A stretch of 64,000 nt of DNA, from positions 86,978-150,977 of the forward strand of contig JAILLQ010000038.1 in NCBI GenBank assembly GCA_024693045.1. The letters are read 5' to 3'. Below are positions 19,097 through 28,857 of this stretch, one piece after another. A program made the translations under genes and the position numbers. The stretch comes from Treponema sp. GTDB taxonomy: Bacteria; Spirochaetota; Spirochaetia; Treponematales; Treponemataceae. A model generated the notes under the pieces. That model was given only the letters and a program-made list of their open reading frames with translations. It was not told where the DNA came from and did no database searches. Within the stretch, counting starts at the first letter, position 1. Each line of letters opens with the position of its first letter.

Positions 19097-20838
19097 TATT
19101 TTACCCTCCAGCCAATGCTTACTTTAGAAGCTTTAAGAACATCTGTATCAAAATCAAACATGAGACGAGATACGAAAAGTGCTGTAAATACAGATGAAAT
19201 AACACCGATTGCAAGGCTAACTGCAAATCCCTGGATAGAACCTGTTCCAAGCTGAGAAAGGAAGATAGCGGCAATGAATGTTGTAATGTTAGAGTCCATG
19301 ATTGCCCAGAAAGCATTGTCAAAACCTGTTGCAATTGCAGCAGCACGACTCTTTCCAAGAGCAACTTCTTCTTTGATGCGTTCAAAAATTACAACGTTTG
19401 CATCTACTGCCATACCAATAGTAAGAATCATACCGGCAATAGAAGGAAGTGAAAGTGTAAGATTGAAAGCAGAAAGGATACTAAACATGATATAAAGGTT
19501 CAAAACCTGAGCTACAACAGCGTTGATTCCGGCACCCTTGTACCACAAAAGCATGAAAACCATAATAGCAAGAAGACCAACAGCAATAGCCTTAAGTCCC
19601 TGCTGGATAGCCTGTTCACCCAAAGAAGCACCGATTACCTGCTGGCTTTCTACAGAAAGTGGAACATTGAGCCATGCTGTCTGTAAAACTTTCTGAAGAT
19701 TCTGAGCTTCTTCAAGACCAAAACCTGTAATTGCTACACGACCACCTGTAATTGCATCATTGATTCTTGCATAAGACTTAATCTTATTGTCGCTTACAAT
19801 TGCAAGGTATTCACCTTTGTGCTCACCTGTAAATTTAGCGAAGATTTCTGCACCATCTGTATCAAGTACGAAATCTACTTCCGGACGATTAGTAAGATTA
19901 TCAGCACCTACTGTTGCAGATTTGATATGCTGTCCTTCGAGAGCGATTTCCTTTTTAACAACAAGGTAACCAATTCTTTCATCAAGACCGTAATCATCTT
20001 TTGTGTACTGGCCCATTACTTCACAATCAGCAGGAATTACTGATGTATCAATAAGTTCGCCTTTAGCATTGAATGCTCCGGCTGCGTTATTTGCATAATA
20101 TGAGGCAAATTTTTCTGTAGCTTCACTGTCAACAAGACGGAAGTTCAAAATTCCTTTACCCATGATAATTGTATTGATTGAATCAGCTTCTGCGGCACCT
20201 GGCATTTCAATGTAAATGCGATCTTCGCCCTGCTGGCGGATAACTGGTTCAGTAAGACCAAAACGGTCAATGCGGCTTGAAAGGTTTTCAATTGCATTAG
20301 ACATTGCATCTTTTTTGAACTGTTCGATATCAGTTACAACATTTGCTTCTGTCTGAGAAGCAGCTGCTACATCAAGATCTGCCTTTACGATAATGTTCAT
20401 ACCACCAGAAAGATCAAGACCAAGCTTAACTGAACTCTGATAATTCTTTTTTGCTTTAAGAATTTCATCACGGTAAAGAGCTGTAAACTCTTCAAGAAGT
20501 TCTACTTCGTTTGAATAAGCATTCAAAATTCCAGCCACTGTCATAGGTGAAGGAACTTTATCCCCTACCTTCTTGTATTTTTTTGCAGCAGCTTTTTCAA
20601 GCCAGGCATACTTTTCATCAATTGTTGCCTGAGCATCAGCTTTTGCAGCTGCTTTTACAGCTTTTACGTCTTCACCGGCTCTTGCCGTAGCGTAGTCCTT
20701 AATGTTTTCCAGTGAACCTAAAGCCAATGCCTGTACTTCTTTTGGAGTTCTCCAGTACCAGGTAATTGAAGGCCACAGGAAAGCAAAACACACTGCAAGA
20801 ACAGCAAGAAGAATTACCAATCGTGTTGTTTTCTTCAT
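19096..20838 (-). CDS. secD: Protein translocase subunit SecD
   Basis: KLGLDLSGG, RIDRFGLTEP and GMAVDANVVIFERIKEE. Confidence 0.97.
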   Translation of the reverse strand: MKKTTRLVILLAVLAVCFAFLWPSITWYWRTPKEVQALALGSLENIKDYATARAGEDVKAVKAAAKADAQATIDEKYAWLEKAAAKKYKKVGDKVPSPMTVAGILNAYSNEVELLEEFTALYRDEILKAKKNYQSSVKLGLDLSGGMNIIVKADLDVAAASQTEANVVTDIEQFKKDAMSNAIENLSSRIDRFGLTEPVIRQQGEDRIYIEMPGAAEADSINTIIMGKGILNFRLVDSEATEKFASYYANNAAGAFNAKGELIDTSVIPADCEVMGQYTKDDYGLDERIGYLVVKKEIALEGQHIKSATVGADNLTNRPEVDFVLDTDGAEIFAKFTGEHKGEYLAIVSDNKIKSYARINDAITGGRVAITGFGLEEAQNLQKVLQTAWLNVPLSVESQQVIGASLGEQAIQQGLKAIAVGLLAIMVFMLLWYKGAGINAVVAQVLNLYIMFSILSAFNLTLSLPSIAGMILTIGMAVDANVVIFERIKEEVALGKSRAAAIATGFDNAFWAIMDSNITTFIAAIFLSQLGTGSIQGFAVSLAIGVISSVFTALFVSRLMFDFDTDVLKASKVSIGWRVK

Positions 20839-20856
20839 TTTTGTTTCCCCATTATT

Positions 20857-21240
20857 TTATTTTGTTTCAGAAGTTGCTTCCTCTGATTTAGTTTCATCTT
20901 TTTTACTTTCAGCAGGTTTTTCATTTTCTACACCTGCAATTGCTGAACGGCTGAATTCAATCTTGCAATTATCATCTACTTTTACAATAACTGTTTTTTC
21001 TTTAGTAGAAGATACAACACCGTGAATACCACCGATTGTAACAACCTTGTCACCCTTTTTAAGAGCAGCAATCATTTTTTCAGTTTCTTTCTGTTTTTTA
21101 TTCTGTGGACGAATAAGGAAGAAATAGAAAATACCAATAATAAGTACGAAAGGAACAATTGTACTTAAAAACTGAGTTGTAGAAGAAGCACTTGGAGCAG
21201 CTCCTGCTACAGCACCATCAAGAAAAGAAATAAAAGACAT
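20857..21240 (-). CDS. yajC: Preprotein translocase subunit YajC
   Basis: FYFFLIRPQNKKQK...LKKGDKVVTIGGIHG. Confidence 0.96.
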   Translation of the reverse strand: MSFISFLDGAVAGAAPSASSTTQFLSTIVPFVLIIGIFYFFLIRPQNKKQKETEKMIAALKKGDKVVTIGGIHGVVSSTKEKTVIVKVDDNCKIEFSRSAIAGVENEKPAESKKDETKSEEATSETK

Positions 21241-21325
21241 GACGTTTTTTCCTTTAATTTTTTAAAATTTACTGACAATATCAGTCTTTACAGAATAACA
21301 CACCGATTATTCAATGGTCAATAAT

Positions 21326-22315
21326 CTAATAGGAAATCCTATAACGGTCAGCAGGAACCTTTTCAAAATATTCAATCAAACGTTTTTTACTGTCCTCTAC
21401 ATCTTTGGAATTCAGCATCTGAGTTTTTGCATAATGAGCAAAAGAAAAATTGTCACAATAATAAGCAAAAAAACGCTGAAGTCTGGTTTTGTAAAATTCC
21501 GGCGGCTGATATTTTACTACATCATCAATAAAATCCAGGCCTGTTTGCAGTAAATCAACAGATTTTTTTTCATCCCGACCAGTATTTTTAAGTTCATCAA
21601 AAATCCATGGCTTTTGAGCAGCCATTCTTCCAATCATAACTCCATGGCAGGAAGGACAAATTGAAGTAACTTCTTCATAAGAAGCCCTGTCTTTTACATC
21701 TCCATTAACAATTACAGAAATTTCCGGATACTTTTCTGCCAGCCTCTGGGCATAAATCCAGCGAGGACGGTCCCTGTACCTTTCTTTTCTAGTTCTTGGA
21801 TGAAGAGTTATTCGTTCAACTCCATTTTTTACGAGAAGTTCTGCAAAAGAAAAAAAACTTTCATCTGTAAAGTTTTCATCACCTAGACGGCACTTTACGC
21901 TAAAACGAAGATGCTTTCCACTTTTTTCTTCATATTCTGAAAGAACTCTTCTGACCCCAATAAGCAATTCTTCAATTTCTGTAGCCGGCTTAACCATCCA
22001 GGCAGAACCTGCACCACTATTGTAGATTTCAGGAGCGGAACAACCCATGTTCAAATCAATTCCCATACCTCCTAAATCGCACAAAAGAGCAGCTGCCTTT
22101 ATCATAGGCTCAGCACTTTTTCCTGTAAGCTGCCACACAAGTTTTTCAGGACAGGGAGCGGGATTAATATAAAATTTTTCAAACTGACCGCCATGAAGCA
22201 ATGAGGGCGCATTAATCATTTCGTTGTAGTATTCATCACAAGAGCCAAATTTTTCTATCATAATTCTAAAGGCCGGATGACTTAAAGTTGCCATAGGAGC
22301 ACAAATCAATTTCAT
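21326..22315 (-). CDS. dus: tRNA-dihydrouridine synthase family
   Basis: APMA, IDLNMGCSAP, TLHPRT, VNGDV and GVMIGR. Confidence 0.9.
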   Translation of the reverse strand: MKLICAPMATLSHPAFRIMIEKFGSCDEYYNEMINAPSLLHGGQFEKFYINPAPCPEKLVWQLTGKSAEPMIKAAALLCDLGGMGIDLNMGCSAPEIYNSGAGSAWMVKPATEIEELLIGVRRVLSEYEEKSGKHLRFSVKCRLGDENFTDESFFSFAELLVKNGVERITLHPRTRKERYRDRPRWIYAQRLAEKYPEISVIVNGDVKDRASYEEVTSICPSCHGVMIGRMAAQKPWIFDELKNTGRDEKKSVDLLQTGLDFIDDVVKYQPPEFYKTRLQRFFAYYCDNFSFAHYAKTQMLNSKDVEDSKKRLIEYFEKVPADRYRISY

Positions 22316-22322
22316 AAAAGAG

Positions 22323-22353
22323 AATATACCACTAAATTAATTTGTTGTATAAT
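22323..22353. promoter_or_regulatory. Back-to-back -10 elements for the divergent leaderless dus and CYTH genes
   Basis: Minus: TGG-TATATT, then 7 nt to ATG 22315. Plus: TATAAT (22348-22353), then 6 nt to ATG 22360. Confidence 0.6.
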
Positions 22354-22359
22354 GGAAGA

Positions 22360-22974
22360 ATGATTGAAATCGAATTAAAAGCACATGTTTATGACAGAAA
22401 AAGCCTTATAGAAAAACTAAATACATTTGCAAAATATGAGCAGACTGTAGACCGCCATGATTTATACTACCACATTCCTGTAGCAAGAAAGGAAAACCAG
22501 AAGCCATACCTAACGGCAAGAATAAGAAAAGAAATAAAACACGATCAAAATGGAAATTCCGAAACAATTTACCTTACCTACAAGAAAAAAGAAGTAAGTG
22601 AAAACGCAATAGAAGTAAATATAGAAAAAGAAAGCATTATCCAGGATGAAAAAGTATTGATATCTCTTTTCACAGACGCAGGCTTTACCCTTGCCCATGT
22701 AAAAGACAAGCATGTTGAAGATTACTACCTGGAAACAGAATTTGGAAAAGCAAGTCTGGAATTATGTACAGTAGGACCTTTAGGAGATTTTTTGGAAATT
22801 GAAATTCTGTCACAAACAGATGACAGGGAAAGAATCAGCAAAATTCAAAAAGAATTGAAAAATCTTCTTGCAAAAGCTGGAATTCCTGAAGACTGCATTG
22901 AAAAAAAATATTACACACAGATGTTGAGTGAATATGAAGAAGCTGCAAAGGCTAAAAACTTGACATCAGAATAG
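22360..22974 (+). CDS. CYTH domain protein (class IV adenylate cyclase-like)
   Basis: MIEIELKA (ExExK), D.YY, LTYK, KDK and GDFLEIE. Confidence 0.85.
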   Translation: MIEIELKAHVYDRKSLIEKLNTFAKYEQTVDRHDLYYHIPVARKENQKPYLTARIRKEIKHDQNGNSETIYLTYKKKEVSENAIEVNIEKESIIQDEKVLISLFTDAGFTLAHVKDKHVEDYYLETEFGKASLELCTVGPLGDFLEIEILSQTDDRERISKIQKELKNLLAKAGIPEDCIEKKYYTQMLSEYEEAAKAKNLTSE

Positions 22975-22988
22975 TAAGAGTATAGATT
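22960..22988 (+). promoter_or_regulatory. sigma70 promoter, leaderless DUF975 gene
   Basis: TTGACA-17-TAGATT, then 6 nt to ATG 22995. Confidence 0.75.
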
Positions 22989-22994
22989 TTAAAT

Positions 22995-23705
22995 ATGTTT
23001 GATAGAAAGAAATATAAAAAATACGCACTTAGCATGTTAAAAAAACGCTGGCAGATTCCACTTCTTATGACTCTTGTCTGCCTTATTTTAATGACCTTAC
23101 TGGAACTTCCAAATATACGAAGTATATCTTCCAATTATTATACAATTGCACATTTTGGAACTGAAGTTATAACTGAAACAGAATCTGAAACATCACTTTA
23201 TTCCAATTTAAGAGAGTTTTTTTCTATATTAATACAATATGTACTAATTTTTGCTCAGCTTTCTGTATACTTAAAAATGTCTAGAAGCCCTAATCCTGTA
23301 AGCGGAAAGGATTTTATAGAAGGCTTTGCTTTATGGGCCAGAGCAATTCTTTCATGCTTATGGGAAACCTTATGGACTTTCCTATGGATGCTTCTCTTTA
23401 TAATTCCAGGCTTCGTAAAACATTATGCATATTCAATGACAAAATATCTTGTAATAGAATTTGAAGAGCTTTCTGTTACAAAAGCCCTTAGAGTTAGCAT
23501 TGCAATCACAAGAGGTCACAAAGCAGAACTCTTTATCATGGACCTAAGTTTCCTGGGCTGGCTGATTCTTGCTACACTTTCTTGCGGAGTCGGTCTTTTG
23601 TGGCTGATTCCATACAGAGAAATGTCAATGATAAATGCATATCACAGTCTTTTAAAAGAAGCTGTTACAAGCGGTATAATCACAAAAGACGACTTGGAGG
23701 GATAA
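22995..23705 (+). CDS. DUF975 family membrane protein
   Basis: LWMLLFIIPGFVKHYAYSMT...S..ITRGHKAELFIMDLSFLGW..L...GVGLLWLIPY. Confidence 0.9.
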   Translation: MFDRKKYKKYALSMLKKRWQIPLLMTLVCLILMTLLELPNIRSISSNYYTIAHFGTEVITETESETSLYSNLREFFSILIQYVLIFAQLSVYLKMSRSPNPVSGKDFIEGFALWARAILSCLWETLWTFLWMLLFIIPGFVKHYAYSMTKYLVIEFEELSVTKALRVSIAITRGHKAELFIMDLSFLGWLILATLSCGVGLLWLIPYREMSMINAYHSLLKEAVTSGIITKDDLEG

Positions 23706-23706
23706 A

Positions 23707-24681
23707 ATGAAAAAAGCAGGTAAATCAGGATTAACAGTACTGATAGTCGTAATAGCTGCAACTATCATAATTTCAGGATTGAATATTTTAGAGCAGGTAA
23801 ACAGTGTAAAAACTACTCCTAAAAGCACTGTTCACAAAACAGAGATAAAAAAGATTTTTAAAAACAACAAAGATAATTACATCGCAAAAGTAAATATCAG
23901 CGGAATAATTCAAGACGCTAACCGCTACTACAACCAGGACTGGATTCTATCTACAATCAAAGAATTAAAAAATGACAGCAAAAACTTAGGCATTGCTCTT
24001 TTTATTGAATCTCCAGGAGGAACAATTTACGAAACAGATGAAGTATACCTTGCCCTCCAGGACTACAAAACTACAGGAAAAAAAGTTTACGCCTACCAGG
24101 CAAAAATTGCTGCTTCGGGTGGATACTACATTTCCTGTGCCGCAAACAAAATTTATGCAAACAGAAATACAATGACTGGTTCAATTGGAGTAATTTCCGG
24201 ACAGTCGCTAGACTTAACAGGACTTTTCGACAAACTGGGAATTAAAATGACAACTATCCATAGCGGTCGAAACAAAAACATGTTCAGTTACAATGAACCT
24301 TTAACTGAAGAACAGAAAAAAATCATGCAATCAATAAGTGACGAAGCGTATGAGCAGTTTACAGGTATTGTTGCAATCAGCAGAAATATAATCCTAAATG
24401 ATGTAAAAAAACTTGCTGACGGACGCATATACACAGCAAAACAAGCCTTGGAAAATGGCTTAATTGATGCAGTTGATTCATGGGATAACATGATTAAGGA
24501 TATGAAAGAAAAGGAATTTGAAGGGAAAGACCTGCAAATTCAGGAGTTTACATACGAAAAAGAATTTGGAATGTCTGATTTATTCTATGCTAAAGTTCCT
24601 GCCCTCTGTGAAACTGTAGAAAGCATTCACAGCCTTTCATCAGAATTAAGACTTAATTATCCGGCTTATCTTTACAGATAA
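23707..24681 (+). CDS. sppA: Signal peptide peptidase SppA (S49)
   Basis: IESPGG, AASGGYYI, TGSIGVI, GRNKN and ADGRIYTAKQALENGLID. Confidence 0.93.
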   Translation: MKKAGKSGLTVLIVVIAATIIISGLNILEQVNSVKTTPKSTVHKTEIKKIFKNNKDNYIAKVNISGIIQDANRYYNQDWILSTIKELKNDSKNLGIALFIESPGGTIYETDEVYLALQDYKTTGKKVYAYQAKIAASGGYYISCAANKIYANRNTMTGSIGVISGQSLDLTGLFDKLGIKMTTIHSGRNKNMFSYNEPLTEEQKKIMQSISDEAYEQFTGIVAISRNIILNDVKKLADGRIYTAKQALENGLIDAVDSWDNMIKDMKEKEFEGKDLQIQEFTYEKEFGMSDLFYAKVPALCETVESIHSLSSELRLNYPAYLYR

Positions 24682-24682
24682 A

Positions 24683-25288
24683 TTACAATTCGCCTTTCAT
24701 GATTTTTTTTACCAAAGAGTAAGAAAAACCATGAGAGAGCAAGGTTTTTATAATTCTTTCCTGATCTTTTTTTGCCCTTAAACATTTTTCATAATCCTTG
24801 CGGCACAGCTCTTCTTCGCTGTTATCTTGGTAAAAGTCTTCTAAAGCAGCGCTAGAATCTTCTTTAGAAATTCCTCTGGAAAGTAATTCTGCAAGAAGTT
24901 TACTTCTTCCTTCAAAATGATTAATTTTTCGAGAATTCAGCCAGAATGAAGCAAAACGGACGTCATTAAGGTAATTTTTAGCTTCCAGATAATCCAAAGC
25001 TTCCTCAATATATTTTTTTTCGTATTTTTTATTCATAAGCTTTTGCATAAGCTTATATCTGCACTGTTCGGCACGGGCCAGATATTCCACGGCTTTCATT
25101 TCTGCAGCATAACACATACCGGCATTCAGAATATCTTCTTCTTTTTCGTCCTGAAATTCAGCATTTATACATATTTCTTCTGGAGAAACAATCTTGAGAT
25201 AGGAAAATCGAATAAAAAAAGCAAGCCCCGCACTGGAGTTAATTTTAATAACCTCAGGCGAAACTTGCTCTGTTCCGTAGATAACCAA
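24683..25288 (-). CDS. recX: Regulatory protein RecX
   Basis: YLARAEQ...L..KL, YLNDVRFA, G...L..EL..RGI and L..HGFSY; TTG start. Confidence 0.85.
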   Translation of the reverse strand: MVIYGTEQVSPEVIKINSSAGLAFFIRFSYLKIVSPEEICINAEFQDEKEEDILNAGMCYAAEMKAVEYLARAEQCRYKLMQKLMNKKYEKKYIEEALDYLEAKNYLNDVRFASFWLNSRKINHFEGRSKLLAELLSRGISKEDSSAALEDFYQDNSEEELCRKDYEKCLRAKKDQERIIKTLLSHGFSYSLVKKIMKGEL

Positions 25289-25303
25289 ATTCGGTTCCGA
25301 AAA

Positions 25304-25696
25304 CTAACGTTTAGAGAACTGGAATCTGCGGCGGGCACCCTTCTGACCGTACTTCTTACGTTCAACCATACGAGAATCGCGTGTAAGGAATCCGTTTGAT
25401 TTGAGTGAAGTGCGAGCATCTGGATCAATCTGAACTAATGCACGAGCAATTCCGTGAAGACAAGCTGCAGCCTGTCCGTTCATACCACCACCAACTACGT
25501 TGATAAGGATATCATATTTGCTGTCGCTAGAAGTTACGAGTAAAGGCTGTGTTAAAACTTTTACCTGTTCTTCTGTAGCAAAATAATCTTTTGCATCTTT
25601 ACCGTTGATAACGATTTTTCCTGAGCCTTCGCGTACAAAAACACGAGCAACAGCTGTCTTTCTTCTACCTGTTCCAATAGCAATGTTCTTTACCAT
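25304..25696 (-). CDS. rpsI: 30S ribosomal protein S9
   Basis: GTGRRKTAVARV...LTRDSRMVERKKYGQKGARRRFQFSKR. Confidence 0.99.
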   Translation of the reverse strand: MVKNIAIGTGRRKTAVARVFVREGSGKIVINGKDAKDYFATEEQVKVLTQPLLVTSSDSKYDILINVVGGGMNGQAAACLHGIARALVQIDPDARTSLKSNGFLTRDSRMVERKKYGQKGARRRFQFSKR

Positions 25697-25709
25697 CTGA
25701 GTCTCCTAA

Positions 25710-26141
25710 TTAAAGTTCAACAGCCTTTGGGTTCTGTGCTGTGTGTGGGTGTTCAGTTCCTGCATATACTTTTACATTCTGCATAAGAACACGTCCGAGA
25801 CGTCCGTGTGGAAGCATGCCTTTTACAGCAAGGCGAATTGGATCTTCTGGATGTTTTTCAAGAAGTTTTTCAAATGTGTGAGCCTTAAGACTTCCAACAA
25901 AACCTGTTGTATATTTGTAGTAAATCTTTTTTGTTTCTTTTCCACCAGTAACAGCAACTTTATCTGCATTGATGATTACTACATAGTCACCCATTTCCTG
26001 GTTAGGTGTGTAAGTAGCCTTGTTCTTACCGCGAGCAATATATGCAGCTTTTGCAGCTACGCGTCCAAGTGGCTGACCAGCAGCATCGATAACATACCAG
26101 TCACGCTTCTGTTCTTTTTCATTTACGAAAATAGTTTTCAT
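25710..26141 (-). CDS. rplM: 50S ribosomal protein L13
   Basis: WYVIDAAGQPLGRVA, YTPN, GDYVVIINA and GMLP. Confidence 0.99.
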   Translation of the reverse strand: MKTIFVNEKEQKRDWYVIDAAGQPLGRVAAKAAYIARGKNKATYTPNQEMGDYVVIINADKVAVTGGKETKKIYYKYTTGFVGSLKAHTFEKLLEKHPEDPIRLAVKGMLPHGRLGRVLMQNVKVYAGTEHPHTAQNPKAVEL

Positions 26142-26257
26142 GTATATACCTTAAAATATTAAAGTTATTTGGGATTTTAAATCTTTGCATCTGACTTAAA
26201 ACACCCGGAAATTAAAGATGAGCAGTCCTTAATTCCCTTTCATATACGGGGACTTTA

Positions 26258-26286
26258 ATTATATTAAATTTAAAAATTAAATTCAA
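26258..26286 (-). promoter_or_regulatory. sigma70 promoter of rplM-rpsI-recX
   Basis: TTGAAT-17-TATAAT, giving a leader of about 110 nt. Confidence 0.7.
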
Positions 26287-26294
26287 GAAGAGAA

Positions 26295-26525
26295 TTAGTT
26301 TTCAGACTTAGCTTTTGCTTCTCTTTCTTCTTTTTTTGCTTCATTTTTATCCTTTATGTCAGCAGCACCGATAAAGAGAAGAATAAGTCCCAGGAATGCA
26401 GTCATAACAGGAGCAGCTCCTTTTAAGAAAGCGATAACATCAGCTCCCCAGTTTAATGGCATAGAAGGGAGAACTGAAAAAACAGTAAAAGCAATAAAAA
26501 TAATTCCAATAATTACAGAAATCAT
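26295..26525 (-). CDS. Small two-TM membrane protein with a charged tail
   Basis: MISVIIG... after SD GGAG; two hydrophobic helices, then DIKDKNEAKKEE. Confidence 0.75.
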   Translation of the reverse strand: MISVIIGIIFIAFTVFSVLPSMPLNWGADVIAFLKGAAPVMTAFLGLILLFIGAADIKDKNEAKKEEREAKAKSEN

Positions 26526-26730
26526 CTGAAACTCCAAATATAAAATCTTTTTTCATTCTACTTCAAAAATTAATAATTGTTAAGTTATTTGAAATTCCTC
26601 TTTGAAGAGATTTTTTTTTGCTTTTTTTAATTTTTTTTATTGACTATTCACTTCTTTAGCGTCATGTTTGTCTTATTAACTAAATTCTGCCGGTTGAGCA
26701 GCTCTATCATAATTAACAGAGGTTACTTGA

Positions 26731-27924
26731 ATGAAAGCAAGTCAGGTTACCATTGATCACGTAAGCAAGTGCTTTGGAGATTTCATTGCGCTGAACGACG
26801 TTAATTTTACTATAAAGCCGGGAGAATTCTTTTCACTCCTTGGCCCTTCTGGATGCGGAAAAACAACTCTTCTCCGCATAATAGCTGGTTTTGAATTTCC
26901 GGACGATGGGGCTATTCTTTTCGATGACAAGAATGTTGTTCCCTTACAGCCTAACAAGAGACATTCAAATACGGTTTTCCAGACCTATGCGCTTTTTCCT
27001 CATTTGAGTGTATATGAAAACATCGCTTTTCCACTTCGTCTGAAAAAAGTTGATAAAAAGATTATTGATCAGAAGGTCAAAGAATATGTCCATTTAGTTC
27101 AGCTGGATCAGCACATAAACAAAAAGCCTTCCCAGCTTTCAGGGGGACAGAAACAGAGAGTTGCTATCGCCAGAGCCTTGATAAACGAACCTAAAGTTCT
27201 GCTTTTGGACGAACCTCTTTCTGCCCTGGACGCAAAACTCCGTGCAAATCTTCTTATAGATTTAGATCGTTTGCATGACCAGATTGGAATCACTTTTATC
27301 TATGTAACACACGATCAGAGCGAGGCCCTTGCCGTTAGCGACAGAATTGCCGTCATGAATTCTGGAAATGTTCTGCAGGTTGGAACTCCTTTTGAAATCT
27401 ATGAAAGCCCTGCAACTCAGTTTGTTGCAGAATTTATCGGCGAAACAAACCTTTTTGAAAGCACAGTGGTAAAGTGCGAAGAATACAAGGTTCCTGGAAA
27501 AGCTGATATTGAACACATGGTAACTTTAAACACTCCTGCTCTTGGTCTTCAGGCTCAGCTTAAGGGAGAAAGTGCAGCAACTAGAGAAGAGGATAAGAAC
27601 ATTCTTGTTACAGATTTTGAACATACCGATGAGGGTCAAAAGGTTGCCTTTACTGTTAGACCTGAAAAAATACGAATCACACTAGAAGAACCTGCTTTCG
27701 GTGGCCGCAAAGACATCAACGTATTTAAAGGTATTGTCGAAGAACCTATTTACACAGGCTTTCAGTCAAAGTTCTATGTAAAACTTGAAAACGGAACAAT
27801 CGTAAAAGTTTTCAAACAGCATACAAACTATCTGGATGACGGTCCTGAGATTCAATGGAAGGATACTGTCTACATTTCCTGGTCTGCAGAAGACGGATAT
27901 ATCGTTGAAGATATAAACAAGTAG
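26731..27924 (+). CDS. potA: Spermidine/putrescine ABC transporter ATPase
   Basis: GPSGCGKTT, VFQTYALFPH, LSGGQKQR, LLLDEPLSALD and a TOBE tail. Confidence 0.93.
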   Translation: MKASQVTIDHVSKCFGDFIALNDVNFTIKPGEFFSLLGPSGCGKTTLLRIIAGFEFPDDGAILFDDKNVVPLQPNKRHSNTVFQTYALFPHLSVYENIAFPLRLKKVDKKIIDQKVKEYVHLVQLDQHINKKPSQLSGGQKQRVAIARALINEPKVLLLDEPLSALDAKLRANLLIDLDRLHDQIGITFIYVTHDQSEALAVSDRIAVMNSGNVLQVGTPFEIYESPATQFVAEFIGETNLFESTVVKCEEYKVPGKADIEHMVTLNTPALGLQAQLKGESAATREEDKNILVTDFEHTDEGQKVAFTVRPEKIRITLEEPAFGGRKDINVFKGIVEEPIYTGFQSKFYVKLENGTIVKVFKQHTNYLDDGPEIQWKDTVYISWSAEDGYIVEDINK

Positions 27925-27940
27925 TTTAGGAGCTAGAATT

Positions 27941-28855
27941 TTGGAAGAAGAAAACAAAATTGAATACAAAAAAAGTAATCCCGGTCCCTTTTACGCTTGG
28001 CCGATGGGTCTTTGGTTTACAATTTTCTTTATTGTACCTATTGCCATAATTCTTGCGTATTCCTTTATGAAAAAGGATATGTACGGTGGCGTAAAACTTG
28101 AGTTTTCTCTAATGGCCTATCGCCAGATGTTTTCGAAAGCATACGCATTTATTTTCATGAGAACCTTATGGATGACTCTGATTTCTACACTCATTTCAAT
28201 AGCAATTGCCCTTCCCTGCGGTTATGCAATTGCGCGCAGTAAAAAGCAGACCTTACTCCTGATTCTGGTCATTATTCCTTTTCTTACAAATTCGCTTATC
28301 CGCATTTTTGCCTGGATGACTATTCTTGGAGAAAATGGACTTCTCAACTGGATTTACAGAGCGGGCTTTAATCTTATTCAGTTCATCACTAAGGGAAATG
28401 AAACTTTTGAGCCTCATAAATTCATGTACACAAAAAACGCTGTAATACTTGTAAGCATCTACATGTATCTACCTTATGCAATTTTACCGATTTTCACATC
28501 TGTAGACCGCTTTGACTTTTCTCTTCTGGAAGCTGCAAGAGATTTAGGAGCAACTAAAATTCAGTCTATGATGATGATTCTTATACCAGGTATAAAGAGC
28601 GGAATAATAAGCGCAGTAATTTTCACTTTTATCCCAATTTTTGGTAACTACACAGTCCCTCAACTTGTAGGGTCAACAGAAAGCTACATGCTGGGAAATA
28701 TAATCATGGACCAGATTACTAAAGCCAGAAACCTGCCTCTTGCATCTGCCTTTAGCGTACTTCTGACAGTGGTAAGTATGGCAGCAATTCTCTTCATGCT
28801 TACAAACGAGCGTCATGAAGCTTCATTAAAAAAGAAAGATTCTAAGGTGGCTTGA
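27941..28855 (+). CDS. potB: Spermidine/putrescine ABC permease
   Basis: TTG start after AGGAG; YLPYAILPI...EAARDLGA...GNYTVPQLVG. Confidence 0.92.
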   Translation: MEEENKIEYKKSNPGPFYAWPMGLWFTIFFIVPIAIILAYSFMKKDMYGGVKLEFSLMAYRQMFSKAYAFIFMRTLWMTLISTLISIAIALPCGYAIARSKKQTLLLILVIIPFLTNSLIRIFAWMTILGENGLLNWIYRAGFNLIQFITKGNETFEPHKFMYTKNAVILVSIYMYLPYAILPIFTSVDRFDFSLLEAARDLGATKIQSMMMILIPGIKSGIISAVIFTFIPIFGNYTVPQLVGSTESYMLGNIIMDQITKARNLPLASAFSVLLTVVSMAAILFMLTNERHEASLKKKDSKVA

Positions 28856-28857
28856 TT

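Noticed and set aside
17867-20838. Extra periplasmic segments in SecD and SecF
   Set aside because: Core motifs are intact and such insertions are, as I recall, common in spirochetes; no sign of a new function.
22360-22974. CYTH protein as a cyclic-nucleotide defence or signalling component
   Set aside because: Housekeeping neighbours, no effector gene, and the family is widespread.
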